DNA of 64,000 bases from Eledone cirrhosa (lineage: Eukaryota), in NCBI GenBank assembly GCA_964016885.1, contig OZ024741.1, forward strand, positions 211,668,001 through 211,732,000, given 5' to 3'. The notes under the pieces were generated by a model. It worked only from the letters and a program-made list of their open reading frames with translations. It was not told the origin of the DNA and ran no database searches. Shown one piece after another: positions 29,491 through 44,219 of this stretch. The position numbers and the translations under genes were made by a program. How positions within the stretch are numbered: position 1 is the stretch's first letter; each line of letters opens with the position of its first letter.

Positions 29491-29666
29491 TTTTCATCTC
29501 TCTCGTCTGATGTCCAGTGTTCTTAACTTTCGTTCTTGTAGGAATCGAGACGAAATTCTATGGCATTAACTTGCTACCCTCCCCCACTCTCAAGCGTGAA
29601 ACTAATACTAATATCATTTGTACTGCCTCTTCGTTTTTCTGTTTTTTGTTCTCTGTTTATTTATTA

Positions 29667-29727
<61 letters not shown>

Positions 29728-29762
29728 TGCAAGTTTGAGGAATTATTAGATCAAATATATCC

Positions 29763-29966
29763 AGTCTTTCTACGCCCTAGTCCGTAGAAATCAACTAGAT
29801 AAATAATCATTTAAACGGAGCTATAAGTTTAAAATGTAACTTTGAAGAAAGAATAGACAAATGATACAGACTATTTTCCGCGAGGAACAGTCAGATAAAA
29901 TTTATCTAGTCTTTCCTCTTAACCCGTAGAAATTAACTAGATAAATAATCAATTAAACGGAGCTAA
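29763..29966 (+). repeat. Local direct duplication (~60 bp, period ~145)
   Basis: ccgtagaaat.aactagataaataatca.ttaaacggagcta occurs twice. Confidence 0.7.
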
Positions 29967-30439
29967 GTCTAAAATATAAGTTAGAAGAAAAAATGCATAT
30001 AAACGTTATCAAAATTCCTACTATCGATAGTTTCGCTCGTACTTTATGGATACGTCCGGTCTTGGTATTATCCATGGGCTTAGAGCTTATCAAGAGACCC
30101 CTGGGGGTTGGACTAAAATGCCAGAAATCCCTATGAATTATATATATATATATATATATATTCACATATAAACATATTCACACACACACACACACACATG
30201 TCTGTTTGTATGCGTGCGCGTATAAGTATGGATCAGCTTTTCTTCCAACCATTGAAAACACGATTGTGTTCTTGTATGGTTATTATTATTACGGAATCTG
30301 TCGTATTTCCTTAGTAATTATTTTATGTTACGCTATGCCTGTGTGTATTAAAATTCCAGTCCCTTCACAGTTCCACCTTCAGAACCGGAACACTCATAGT
30401 AGCGCTGCCTTTGACTTGTGCTTAAATTAGGAACCATTT

Positions 30440-31310
30440 GGATTGGCATTATCGGAAGAGGTTCGGACGCCATGCTTTGAAGCACAGAGTTACCTCCCTT
30501 TATGATCTGAGTTCAAATCCCGCCAAGGTTAACTTTGCCTTTCATCCTTACGGGGTCAATAAAATAAAGTACCAGTAATACACTGATATAACTGCTGGCC
30601 TTGGGCCAAAAGTAGAAACAATTATTATTTTCTAATGTGAAACTACGCTCTGCTTCCAAGGGCAGTGAATCGGCATTATCAGTAGAAAGTGGGACATGCT
30701 TTATAGCAGAGTGTTACGCCCCTTTACAATATAAGTTCAAATCCTGCCGTGCTTAAATTTGCTTCTCATCCTTCCGAGATGGATAAAATAAAGCATAAGT
30801 AATACTCTGGGGTCGATTTAATCCACATTTTTCTGCCTAAATCAGAAACCAATATTTTGCATCGTGTTACGGTCCTTTACGTTCTGAGTTTAAATACCCA
30901 CGAGGTTAGCTTTGCCTTTCATCCTTACGGGGTCGATAAAATAAAGCACCAGTAATGCACTGGGGCCGATGTAATCTACATCCCTCTCCCGCCAAAAATT
31001 CTTGGCTTTGTGCCTAAATCAGAAACCAATATTTTGCGTTGAGTCACGGCCTTTTACGTTCTGAGTTCAAATCCCCACGAGGTTAACGGAGCCTTTCATT
31101 CTTACGGGGTCGATAAAATAAAGTTCCAGTATTGCACTGGGATCGATTTAATCGACTTCCAGAATCCAATATTTTGCATAGAGTTACAACCCTTTACGTT
31201 CTGAGTTCACAATCCCATGATGTTAGCTTCCATTTTAATCCTTACGGGGTTCGATAAAATAAAGTACCAGTAATGTACTGGGGTTAATTTAATCGATTTC
31301 TCCCTCCCCC
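30440..31310 (+). mobile_element. Cluster of five Meta-type SINE units (two with heads, three headless tandem units)
   Basis: B box plus Meta core recurs at ~30510, 30735, 30885, 31063 and 31203. Confidence 0.82.
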
Positions 31311-31615
31311 TCTTGTGAGAACTTTATCCACTTTCGGATATCCTTATATTTTTAAGTGATAATTTTATATCAAATAGGAATGTTGTATTCAGATCTATCA
31401 ATTCATATCTTTAGGAAACATAACTCGTCTTAGATACTTTTCTCTTGTCGACAAAGAACTGCTGAAAACAGATGGATTTTCAATGATACATATCAACGCT
31501 TGCATTATTTCATTGCTAATATATTATATATTCATTTATATAATTTGTATACTGCATGAAACATCCAAGCGAGTGCATATATATATATACATGCATGTAT
31601 ATATGTATACATATG

Positions 31616-31649
<34 letters not shown>

Positions 31650-31684
31650 GTGTACATACATGCATGTATATATATATACATATG

Positions 31685-31774
<90 letters not shown>

Positions 31775-31941
31775 ATATGTATGCATATGCCTATGGAAAT
31801 TAAGTAAACCCAGAATGTTCGTTCTATCTATATAACTCTATTTCTCTACCCAACAGTATCTATATATTCCTTTCTTTATGACTATTCATGTATCTTTCTA
31901 TCTATCTATCTGTATGTATCTCTAACTATCTATGAGTCTGC

Positions 31942-32015
<74 letters not shown>

Positions 32016-32021
32016 ATTTAT

Positions 32022-32588
32022 TTATTGTCGCGGGTGGGACCAATCCGGTTGACCACCGAGTCCATTGTCATGATAAAACCGCCACCCTGCTTCAAAAACG
32101 AAGGAGAGGCGATTTTCCTTTGTGTGATAGCTATGGCGAAAGAGGTTGTATGGTGGACAAGGTTGAAAGGGCTGAGGTCAGACACCTTTCTCTCCGGCCA
32201 ACAACTGATTCTTTTTTTCAAATACCACTTTGGAAGAAGAATCAGGATGGAGAGAGAGGTGCTGTACCCCAGCAAGTTTTATGAAAGGTGGGTGAAAGTG
32301 GCGAGAATGGCCCGAGTGAATGGGCCTTCTCTCTATATCAGCCTGTAGGTTGAGGAAAAGGAGGAGGAGAGGAAAGGAGTACAAGCTCTTCGTACTCCTG
32401 GAGATGAGGGTTGCACATTTTTTTTCGGGGGTATGTATCACCCATATAAACTGTCTCCCTCTATTGGGGAAAATCGACTAACTTTTTAAATTCCATTTGT
32501 GATAACATTTTACACGTTTTTATTGTATGTAAACTTCCCCCTTTGTATTTGTCCCCTTCTTTTGTGCCCCTGTGGCTAATAAAGAAAT
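32022..32588 (+). mobile_element. 5'-truncated Tx1-clade element (sister family of 1811-7635) embedded in (TATC)n
   Basis: 108-aa C-terminus matches ORF2 at about 74/108 residues (hand count). 3' end GCCCCTGTGGCTAATAAAGAAAT. (TATC)n on both sides. Confidence 0.92.
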
Positions 32589-33322
32589 ATATCTATCTAT
32601 CTATCTATCTATCTGTTGCTACATGTGTACTTTCCTAATCCACAGAATAAATATATTTGTGTCTTTTCCATTGTTCGATACAATAGATATATGATGTGAG
32701 ATATTTCATATGATAAACACACACACACACAAACACACAAACACACACACAAACACACACACACAGAGACACACACAGAGAAACACACACATACACACAC
32801 ACACTCACACATATATATATGAAAAAGAGAGATGGAAAGAGAGAGGTTTTGCGTATGCTTGTGTATGTACGTATCTGTTTGCCTGTATGTATTTATTTGT
32901 TTCTATTACTTCTGTATTGTATTTATTTACTTTGTTCTTAACTCTGTAGCGGAGATTCATTTGGTCTCCTAGTTAGAATTTTAGTCTACGATTTCTGCTA
33001 TACCATTTACGTGGTTTTGTCTTTGCGTGCTATTGTTCTCCACGTTCCACATATGACTTATTATCTTCGTTTGTTCGTTCATTGCCAGAGAACGTCTCTA
33101 TGCACCACCTAAGAGATCATTAGTCTACGACCTCTTTTATACCATAAACGTGGTTTTGTCTTTGCGCGTAATTGTTTTTCACGTAATTGTTGACGTATTA
33201 TTTGTTTTTTCCCGTTCTTTGCCAGCGAACGTTACCACGAACCAAAGTATCGTCTTCCTGTCTTCCTCCGGTTGCAACGTTTTTTGAAATATCCAGTTCT
33301 GCGTTTACAGATTGACTTTGTT

Positions 33323-33373
33323 AGTTTCAGAAGATCCCGTTAAGGGTGAAAGCAGCGATTCTTTGCTTAAACT
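33323..33373 (+). ncRNA. Degenerate hammerhead motif (CTGAAGA changed to CAGAAGA)
   Basis: Stem I AGTTT/AAACT; stem II CCC/GGG; GAAA; stem III AGCAG/TTGCT. Preceded by a ~140-bp tandem duplication (32982-33240). Confidence 0.55.
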
Positions 33374-33388
33374 TTAATCTGTTATTTT

Positions 33389-33450
<62 letters not shown>

Positions 33451-33574
33451 TATATGCAGTATATATTATATAGTATATATATATATATATATACATTATA
33501 TATATATACATTATATATATATATATATATATAATATATATATCTTTCTACATTCGATATATATATATATGTAT

Positions 33575-33675
<101 letters not shown>

Positions 33676-33811
33676 GTATAGGATTATCCAAGATGTAGTA
33701 ATAGTTAATTACTACACTGGATATGGTTGACGTACGGTAGGAGGTTACTCTACGAATTATGGAAGAATTGTTGAAGAAACTTAGTTCCTGATCCTTCAGT
33801 ATTCCGGAGTG

Positions 33812-34158
33812 TATATAAAGAATGACTAATAACAGGTAGACATCATAAAAAGGTGTAATTTATTCCGTGTGCTTACAAGTGTTTCCACGGTGGTACTGCA
33901 GCCTAGTTATGCTACGTGCAAATGCACAAGTACTTGCAGAACTCAAATATCCAATGCTGTGACCACTGTTTCCTCAGAGCAGAATGATTCTGCTCTGAGG
34001 AAACAGTGGTCACAGCATTGGATATTTGAGTTCTGCAAGTACTTGTGAATTTGCACGTAGCATAACTAGGCTGCAGTACCACCGTGGAAACACTTGTAAG
34101 CACACGGAATAAATTACCTTTTTATGATGTCTACCTGTTATTATTCATTCTTTATATA
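33812..34158. mobile_element. ~345-bp near-perfect hairpin element; each arm carries a hammerhead with an expanded stem II
   Basis: Centre agaat-g-attct. At 33991-34102: TGCT-CTGAGGA-[~85 nt stem II]-GAAA-C-ACTT-G-TA-AGCA. Confidence 0.8.
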
Positions 34159-34188
34159 TATATATATATAAATACATATATATATATA

Positions 34189-34282
<94 letters not shown>

Positions 34283-34404
34283 TATATATATATACTGAGA
34301 GATATACTATTAACACACGTGTGTAACTGTATTCTCTATTCTGTTTATGTAAATATATACGGAAAGGAGAAAAAAGTAGAAATTGGGGTCCATTGAACTA
34401 GGAG

Positions 34405-34965
34405 AAAAAGAGAGAGAGGATAGAGTGTAAGGAGTGTGTGTGTGTGTGGGAGAGAGAGAGAGAGAGAGAGAGAAAATAACAGAAAGACGAGAGTGTCTAA
34501 GAGAAGGGTGAGAGATGAAGAGAATGGAGAGAGAGTAGAAGTGACAGAGAGTAGTAGAAGAGAGTAAGAGAAGAGAGAGAAGAGAGATTCTAACAGATGA
34601 TAGAGGGAGAGAAGAAAGAGAGAGTGAGATAAGAGAGATGAGAGAGAGAAGCGCTAAGATAGAGACAGTAAGAGAAGAGAGTTTGAGAGAGGAAAGAGAG
34701 AGTGAGGTAAGAGAGAGAAGAGGGTGAGAGAGGAAAGAGAGAGTGAGGTAAGAGAGAGAAGAGAGAGTGAGGTAAGAGAGAGAAGAGAGAGTGAGATAAG
34801 AGAGAGGAGTGGGTGAGAGAGGAAAGAAAGTGTGAGATAAGAGAGAGGAGAGGGTGAGAGAGGAAAGAGAGTGTAAGAGAGAAGAAAGAGAGAGTAAGAT
34901 AGAAGAGAGACGAGAGAAGATAGAGAGTGAGAGAGGAGAGGGTGAGAGAGGAAAGAGGTGAAGAA
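34405..34965. repeat. GA-rich low-complexity degenerate repeat
   Basis: Read directly from the sequence. Confidence 0.85.
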
Positions 34966-35063
34966 GGATTTGTGAATGTGTTGTAAAGCGATGAAGAAAA
35001 GGAATATTTAAAGAAAGCTATTCCATCGTTGGACCTATTCATGTAGCATAATGTAGCAGATAT

Positions 35064-35251
35064 GGATTGGCAGTATCGGTAGAGGGTCGGACGCCATGCT
35101 TTGACGCATAGAGTTACGGTCTTTGCCATTCTGAGTTCAAATCCCGCCGAGGTTAACTTTGCCTTTCATCCTTACGGGGTCGATAAAATAAAGTACCAGT
35201 AATGCACTGGGTGATTTGCTGGCCTTGTGCCAAAAAGTAGAAACAATAATT
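35064..35251 (+). mobile_element. tRNA-derived Meta-type SINE next to the satellite
   Basis: Same family as 19319-19511. Confidence 0.87.
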
Positions 35252-35269
35252 AGTCAACAGATATAGTGT

Positions 35270-36503
35270 GATGTTGTTATCGTTGTTGATGTTGTCATTG
35301 TTGTTGATGCTGTCATTGTTGTTGATGTTGTCATTGTTGTTGATGTTGTTATTGTTGTTGATGTTGTTATTGTTGTTGATGTTGTCATTGTTGTTGAAGT
35401 TATCATTGTTGTTGATGTTGTTATTGTTGTTGATGTTGTTATTGTTGTTGATGTTGTCATTGTTGTTGGTGTTGTCATTGTTGTTGATGTTGTTATTGTT
35501 GTTGATTTCGTTATTGTTGTTGATGTTGTTATTGTTGTTGATGTTGTTATTGTTGTTGATGTTGTCATTGTTGTTGATGTTGTCATTGTTGTTCATGTTG
35601 CTATTGTTGTTGATGTTGTTATTGTTGTTGGTGTTGTTATTGTTGTTGATGTTGTCATTGTTGTTGATGTTGTCATTGTTGTTGATGTTGTTATTGTTGT
35701 TGATGTTGTCATTGTTATTGATGTTGTTATTGTTGTTGATGTTGTCATTGTTGTTGATGTTGTTATTGTTGTTGATGTTGTCATTGTTGTTGATGTTGTT
35801 ATTGTTGTTGATGGTGTTATTGTTGTTGTTGTTGTTATCGTTGTTGATGTTGTCATTGTTGTTGATGTTGTTATTGTTGTTGATGTTGTCATTGTTGTTG
35901 ATGTTGTTATTGTTGTAGATGTTGTCATTGTTGTTGATGTTGTTATTGTTGTTGATTTTGTTATTGTTGTTGATGTTGTTATTGTTGTTGGTGTTGTCAT
36001 TGTTGTTGATGTTGTTATTGTTGTTGATGTTGTCATTGTTGTTGATGTTGTCATTGTTGTTGATGTTTTCATTGTTGTTGATGTTGTCATTGTTGTTGAT
36101 GTTGTCATTGTTGTTGATGTTTTAATTGTTGTTGATGTTGTTATTGTTGTTGATGTTGTTATTGTTGTTGGTGTTGTCATATTTGTTGATGTTATTATTG
36201 TTGTTGATGTTGTTATTGTTGTTGATGTTGTTATTGTTGTTGATGTTGTCATTGTTGTTGATGTTGTTATTGTTGTTGATGTTGTTATTATTGTTGATGT
36301 TGTTATTGTTGTTGGTGTTGTCATTGTTGTTGATGTTGTTATTGTTGCTGATGTTGTTATTGTTGTTGGTGTTGTCATTGTTGTTGATGTTATTATTGTT
36401 GTTGATGTTGTTATTGTTGTTGATGTTGTTATTGTTGTTGATGTTGTCATTGTTGTTGATGTTGTTATTGTTGTTGATGTTGTTATTATTGTTGATGTTG
36501 TCA

Positions 36504-36537
<34 letters not shown>

Positions 36538-39500
36538 CATTGTTGTTGATGTTGTTATTGTTGGTGATGTTGTTATTGTTGATGTTGTTATTGTTGTTGA
36601 TGTTGTCATTGTTGTTGATGTGGTTCTTGTTGTTATTGTTGTTGATGTTGTCATTGTTGTTGATGTTGTTATTGTTGATGATGTTGTTATTGTTGTTGAT
36701 GTTATTATCGTTGTTGATGTTGTCATTGTTGTTGATGTTGTCATTGTTGTTGATGTTTTCATTGTTGTTGATGTTGTTATTGTTGTTGATGTTGTTATTG
36801 TTGTTGATGTTGTCATTGTTGTTGATGTTGTTATTGTTGTTGATGTTGTTATTGTTGTTGATGTTGTTATTGTTATTGATGTTGTTATTGTTGTTGATGT
36901 TGTCATTGTTGTTGATGTTGTTATTGTTGTTGATGTTGTTATTGTTGTTGATGTTGTTATTGTTGTTGTCATTGTTGTTGATGTTGTCATTGTTGTTGGT
37001 GTTGTCATCGTTGTTGGTGTTGTCATTGTTGTTGATGTTGTTATTGTTGTTGATGTTGTCATTGTTGTTGATGTTGTTATTGTTGTTGATTTTGTTATTG
37101 TTGTTGATGTTGTTATTGTTGTTGATGTTGTTATTGTTGTTGATGTTGTAATTGTTGTTGATGTTGTTATTGTTGTTGATGTTGTCATTGTTGTTAATGT
37201 TGTTATTGTTGTTGATGTTGTTATTGTTGTTGGTGTTGTCATTGTTGTTGATGTTGTTATTGTTGTTGATGTTGTTATTGTTGTTGATGTTGTTATTGTT
37301 GTTGATGTTGTTATTGTTGTTGATGTTGTTATTGTTGTTGATGTTGTCATTGTTGTTGATGTTGTTATTGTTGTTGATGTTGTCATTCTTGTTGATGTTG
37401 TCATTGTTGTTGGTGTTGTCATTGTTGTTGATGTTGTTATTGTTGTTGATGTTGTTATTGTTGTTGATGTTGTCGTTGTTGTTGATGTTGTTATTGTTGT
37501 TGATGTTGTTATTGTTGTTTGTCATTGTTGTTGATGTTGTCATTGATGTTGATGTTGTCATTGTTGTTGATGTTGTTATTGTTGTTGATGTTGTTATTGT
37601 TGTTGATGTTGTCATTGTTGTTGATGTTTTCATTGTTGTTGATGTTGTTATTGTTGTTGATGTTGTTATTGTTGTTGATGTTGTTATCGTTGTTGATGTT
37701 GTTATCGTTGTTGATGTTGTCATTGTTGTTGATGTTGTTATTGTTGTTGATGTTGTTATCGTTGTTGATGTTGTTATTGTTGATGTTGTTATTGTTGTTG
37801 ATGTTGTTATTGTTGTTGATGTTGTCATTGTTGTTGATGTTGTCATTGTTGTTGATGTTTTCATTGTTGTTGATGTTGTTATTGTTGTTGATGTTGTTAT
37901 TGTTGTTGATGTTGTCATTGTTGTTGGTGTTTTCATTGTTGTCGATGTTGTTATTGTTGTTGATGTTGTTATTGTTGTTGGTGTTGTCATTGTTGTTGAT
38001 GTTGTTATTGTTGTTGATGTTGTTATTGTTGTTGATGTTGTCATTGTTGTTGATGTTGTTATTGTTGTTGGTGTTGTCATTGTTGTTGATGTTGTTATTG
38101 TTGTTGATGTTGTCATTGTTGTTGATGTTGTTATTGTTGTTGATGTTGTTATTGTTGTTGATGTTGTCATCGTTGTTGATGTTGTCATTGTTGTTGATGT
38201 TGTTATTGTTGGTGATGTTGTTATTGTTGATGTTGTTATTGTTGTTGATGTTGTCATTGTTGTTGATGTTGTTCTTGTTGTTGATGTTGTCATTGTTGTT
38301 GATGTTGTCATTGTTGTTGATGTTGTTATTATTGTTGATGTTGTCATTGTTATTGATGTTGTTATTGTTGTTGATGTTGTTATTGTTGTTGATGTTATCA
38401 TTGTTGTTGATGTTGATATCGTTGTTGATGTTGTTATTGTTGATGTTGTTATTGTTGTTGATGTTGTTATTGTTGTTGATGTTGTTATTGTTGTTGATGT
38501 TGTCATTGTTGTTGATGTTGTCATTGTTGTTGATGTTGTTATTGTTGTTGATGTTGTCATTGTTGTTGATGTTGTCATTGTTGTTGATGTTTTCATTGTT
38601 GTTGATGTTGTTATTGTTGTTGATGTTGTTATTGTTGTTGATGTTGTTATTGTTGTTGATGTTGTCATTGTTGTTGATGTTGTTATTGTTGTTGATGTTG
38701 ATATTGTTGTTGATGTTGTTATTGTTGTTGTCATTGTTGTTGATGTTGTCATTGTTGTTGGTGTTGTCATTGTTGTTGGTGTTGTCATTGTTGTTCATGT
38801 TGTTATTGTTGTTGATGTTGTCATTGTTGTTGAAGTTATCATTGTTGTTGATGTTGTTATTGTTGTTGATGTTGTTATTGTTGTTGATGTTGTCATTGTT
38901 GTTGGTGTTGTCATTGTTGTTGATGTTGTTATTGTTGTTGATTTCGTTATTGTTGTTGATGTTGTTATTGTTGTTGATGTTGTTATTGTTGTTGATGTTG
39001 TCATTGTTGTTGATGTTGTCATTGTTGTTCATGTTGCTATTGTTGTTGATGTTGTTATTGTTGTTGGTGTTGTTATTGTTGTTGATGTTGTCATTGTTGT
39101 TGATGTTGTCATTGTTGTTGATGTTGTTATTGTTGTTGATGTTGTCATTGTTATTGATGTTGTTATTGTTGTTGATGTTGTCATTGTTGTTGATGTTGTT
39201 ATTGTTGTTGATGTTGTCATTGTTGTTGATGTTGTTATTGTTGTTGATGGTGTTATTGTTGTTGTTATCGTTGTTGATGTTGTCATTGTTGTTGATGTTG
39301 TTATTGTTGTTGATGTTGTCATTGTTGTTGATGTTGTTATTGTTGTAGATGTTGTCATTGTTGTTGATGTTGTTATCGTTGTTGATTTTGTTATTGTTGT
39401 TGATGTTGTTATTGTTGTTGGTGTTGTCATTGTTGTTGATGTTGTTATTGTTGTTGATGTTGTCATTGTTGTTGATGTTGTCATTGTTGTTGATGTTTTC

Positions 39501-39933
39501 ATTGTTGTTGATGTTGTCATTGTTGTTGATGTTGTCATTGTTGTTGATGTTTTAATTGTTGTTGATGTTGTTATTGTTGTTGATGTTGTTATTGTTGTTG
39601 GTGTTGTCATATTTGTTGATGTTATTATTGTTGTTGATGTTGTTATTGTTGTTGATGTTGTTATTGTTGTTGATGTTGTCATTGTTGTTGATGTTGTTAT
39701 TGTTGTTGATGTTGTTATTATTGTTGATGTTGTTATTGTTGTTGGTGTTGTCATTGTTGTTGATGTTGTTATTGTTGTTGATGTTGTTATTGTTGTTGGT
39801 GTTGTCATTGTTGTTGATGTTATTATTGTTGTTGATGTTGTTATTGTTGTTGATGTTGTTATTGTTGTTGATGTTGTCATTGTTGTTGATGTTGTTATTG
39901 TTGTTGATGTTGTTATTATTGTTGATGTTGTCA

Positions 39934-39967
<34 letters not shown>

Positions 39968-42900
39968 CATTGTTGTTGATGTTGTTATTGTTGGTGATGT
40001 TGTTATTGTTGATGTTGTTATTGTTGTTGATGTTGTCATTGTTGTTGATGTGGTTCTTGTTGTTATTGTTGTTGATGTTGTCATTGTTGTTGATGTTGTT
40101 ATTGTTGATGATGTTGTTATTGTTGTTGATGTTATTATCGTTGTTGATGTTGTCATTGTTGTTGATGTTGTCATTGTTGTTGATGTTTTCATTGTTGTTG
40201 ATGTTGTTATTGTTGTTGATGTTGTTATTGTTGTTGATGTTGTCATTGTTGTTGATGTTGTTATTGTTGTTGATGTTGTTATTGTTGTTGATGTTGTTAT
40301 TGTTATTGATGTTGTTATTGTTGTTGATGTTGTCATTGTTGTTGATGTTGTTATTGTTGTTGATGTTGTTATTGTTGTTGATGTTGTTATTGTTGTTGTC
40401 ATTGTTGTTGATGTTGTCATTGTTGTTGGTGTTGTCATCGTTGTTGGTGTTGTCATTGTTGTTGATGTTGTTATTGTTGTTGATGTTGTCATTGTTGTTG
40501 ATGTTGTTATTGTTGTTGATTTTGTTATTGTTGTTGATGTTGTTATTGTTGTTGATGTTGTTATTGTTGTTGATGTTGTAATTGTTGTTGATGTTGTTAT
40601 TGTTGTTGATGTTGTCATTGTTGTTAATGTTGTTATTGTTGTTGATGTTGTTATTGTTGTTGGTGTTGTCATTGTTGTTGATGTTGTTATTGTTGTTGAT
40701 GTTGTTATTGTTGTTGATGTTGTTATTGTTGTTGATGTTGTTATTGTTGTTGATGTTGTTATTGTTGTTGATGTTGTTATTGTTGTTGATGTTGTCATTG
40801 TTGTTGATGTTGTTATTGTTGTTGATGTTGTCATTCTTGTTGATGTTGTCATTGTTGTTGGTGTTGTCATTGTTGTTGATGTTGTTATTGTTGTTGATGT
40901 TGTTATTGTTGTTGATGTTGTCATTGTTGTTGATGTTGTTATTGTTGTTGATGTTGTTATTGTTGTTTGTCATTGTTGTTGATGTTGTCATTGATGTTGA
41001 TGTTGTCATTGTTGTTGATGTTGTTATTGTTGTTGATGTTGTTATTGTTGTTGATGTTGTCATTGTTGTTGATGTTTTCATTGTTGTTGATGTTGTTATT
41101 GTTGTTGATGTTGTTATTGTTGTTGATGTTGTTATCGTTGTTGATGTTGTTATCGTTGTTGATGTTGTCATTGTTGTTGATGTTGTTATTGTTGTTGATG
41201 TTGTTATCGTTGTTGATGTTGTTATTGTTGATGTTGTTATTGTTGTTGATGTTGTTATTGTTGTTGATGTTGTCATTGTTGTTGATGTTGTCATTGTTGT
41301 TGATGTTTTCATTGTTGTTGATGTTGTTATTGTTGTTGATGTTGTTATTGTTGTTGATGTTGTCATTGTTGTTGGTGTTTTCATTGTTGTCGATGTTGTT
41401 ATTGTTGTTGATGTTGTTATTGTTGTTGGTGTTGTCATTGTTGTTGATGTTGTTATTGTTGTTGATGTTGTTATTGTTGTTGATGTTGTCATTGTTGTTG
41501 ATGTTGTTATTGTTGTTGGTGTTGTCATTGTTGTTGATGTTGTTATTGTTGTTGATGTTGTCATTGTTGTTGATGTTGTTATTGTTGTTGATGTTGTCAT
41601 TGTTGTTGATGTTGTCATCGTTGTTGATGTTGTCATTGTTGTTGATATTGTTATTGTTGGTGATGTTGTTATTGTTGATGTTGTTATTGTTGTTGATGTT
41701 GTCATTGTTGTTGATGTTGTTCTTGTTGTTGATGTTGTCATTGTTGTTGATGTTGTCATTGTTGTTGATGTTGTTATTATTGTTGATGTTGTCATTGTTA
41801 TTGATGTTGTTATTGTTGTTGATGTTGTTATTGTTGTTGATGTTATCATTGTTGTTGATGTTGATATCGTTGTTGATGTTGTTATTGTTGATGTTGTTAT
41901 TGTTGTTGATGTTGTTATTGTTGTTGATGTTGTTATTGTTGGTGATGTTGTCATTGTTGTTGATGTTGTCATTGTTGTTGATGTTGTTATTGTTGTTGAT
42001 GTTGTCATTGTTGTTGATGTTGTCATTGTTGTTGATGTTTTCATTGTTGTTGATGTTGTTATTGTTGTTGATGTTGTTATTGTTGTTGATGTTGTTATTG
42101 TTGTTGATGTTGTCATTGTTGTTGATGTTGTTATTGTTGTTGATGTTGATATTGTTGTTGATGTTGTTATTGTTGTTGTCATTGTTGTTGATGTTGTCAT
42201 TGTTGTTGGTGTTGTCATTGTTGTTGGTGTTGTCATTGTTGTTCATGTTGTTATTGTTGTTGATGTTGTCATTGTTGTTGATGTTGTTATTGTTGTTGAT
42301 TTTGTTATTGTTGTTGATGCTGTTATTGTTGTTGATGTTGTTATAGTTGTTGATGTTGTTATTGTTGTTGGTGTTGTCATTGTTGTTGATGTTGTTATTG
42401 TTGTTGATGTTGTTATTGTTGTTGATGTTGTCATCGTTGTTGATGTTGTCATTGTTGTTGATGTTGTTATTGTTGTTGATGTTGTCATTGTTGTTGATGT
42501 TGTTATTGTTGTTGATGTTGTCATTGTTGTTGATGTTATTGTTGTTGATGTTGCTATTGTTGTTGTCACTGTTGTTGATGTTGTCATTGTTGTTGGTGTT
42601 GTCATCGTAGTTGGTGTTGTCATTGTTGTTGATGTTGTTATTGTTGTTGATGTTGTTATTGTTGTTGATGTTGTTATTGTTGTTGATGTTGTCATTGTTG
42701 TTGATGTTGTCATTGTTGATGATGTTGTCATTGCTGTTGATGTTGTTATTGTTGTTGATGTTGTCATTGTTGTTGATGTTGTGTTGTTGATGTTTTCATT
42801 GTTGTTGATGTTGTTATTGTTGTTGATGTTGTTATTGTTGTTGATGTTGTTATTGTTGTTGATGCTGTTATTGTTGTTGATGTTGTTATTGTTGTTGATG

Positions 42901-44185
42901 TTGTTATTGTTGATGATGTTGTTATCGTTGTTGATGTTGTTATTGTTGTTGATGTTGTTATTGTTGTTCATGTTGTTATTGTTATTGTTGTTGATGTTGT
43001 CATTTTTGTTGATGTTGTCATTGTTGTTGATGTTGATATTGTTGTTGATGTTGTTATTGTTGTTGATGTTGTCATTGTTGTTGATGTTGTCATTGTTGTT
43101 GATGTTGTTATTGTTGTTGATGTTGTTATTGTTTATGATGTTGTTATTGTTGTTGATGTTGTCATTGTTGTTGATGTTGTTATTGTTGTTGATGTTGTTA
43201 TTGTTGTTTGTCATTGTTGTTGATGTTGTCATTGATGTTGATGTTGTTATTGTTGTTGATGTTGTCATTGTTGTTGATGTTGTTATTGTTGTTGATATTT
43301 TCAATGTTGTTGATGTTGTTATTGATGTTGATGTTGTTATTGTTGTTGGTGTTGTCATTGTTGTTGATGTTGTTATTGTTGTTGATATTGTTATTGTTGT
43401 TGATGTTGTTATTGTTGTTGATGTTGTCATTGTTGTTGATGTTGTTATTGTTGTTGATGTTGTCATTGTTGTTGATGTTGTTATTGTTGTTGATGGTGTT
43501 ATTGTTGTTGTTGTTGTTATCGTTGTTGATGTTGTCATTGTTGTTGATGTTGTTATTGTTGTTGATGTTGTCATTGTTGTTGATGTTGTTATTGTTGTAG
43601 ATGTTGTCATTGTTGTTGATGTTGTTATTGTTGTTGATTTTGTTATTGTTGTTGATGTTGTTATTGTTGTTGGTGTTGTCATTGTTGTTGATGTTGTTAT
43701 TGTTGTTGATGTTGTCATTGTTGTTGATGTTGTCATTGTTGTTGATGTTTTCATTGTTGTTGATGTTGTCATTGTTGTTGATGTTGTCATTGTTGTTGAT
43801 GTTTTAATTGTTGTTGATGTTGTTATTGTTGTTGATGTTGTTATTGTTGTTGGTGTTGTCATATTTGTTGATGTTATTATTGTTGTTGATGTTGTTATTG
43901 TTGTTGATGTTGTTATTGTTGTTGATGTTGTCATTGTTGTTGATGTTGTTATTGTTGTTGATGTTGTTATTATTGTTGACGTTGTTATTGTTGTTGATGT
44001 TGTCATTGTTGTTGATGTTGTTATTGTTGTTGATGTTGTTATTGTTGTTGGTGTTGTCATTGTTGTTGATGTTATTATTGTTGTTGATGTTGTTATTGTT
44101 GTTGATGTTGTTATTGTTGTTGATGTTGTCATTGTTGTTGATGTTGTTATTGTTGTTGATGTTGTTATTATTGTTGATGTTGTCA

Positions 44186-44219
<34 letters not shown>

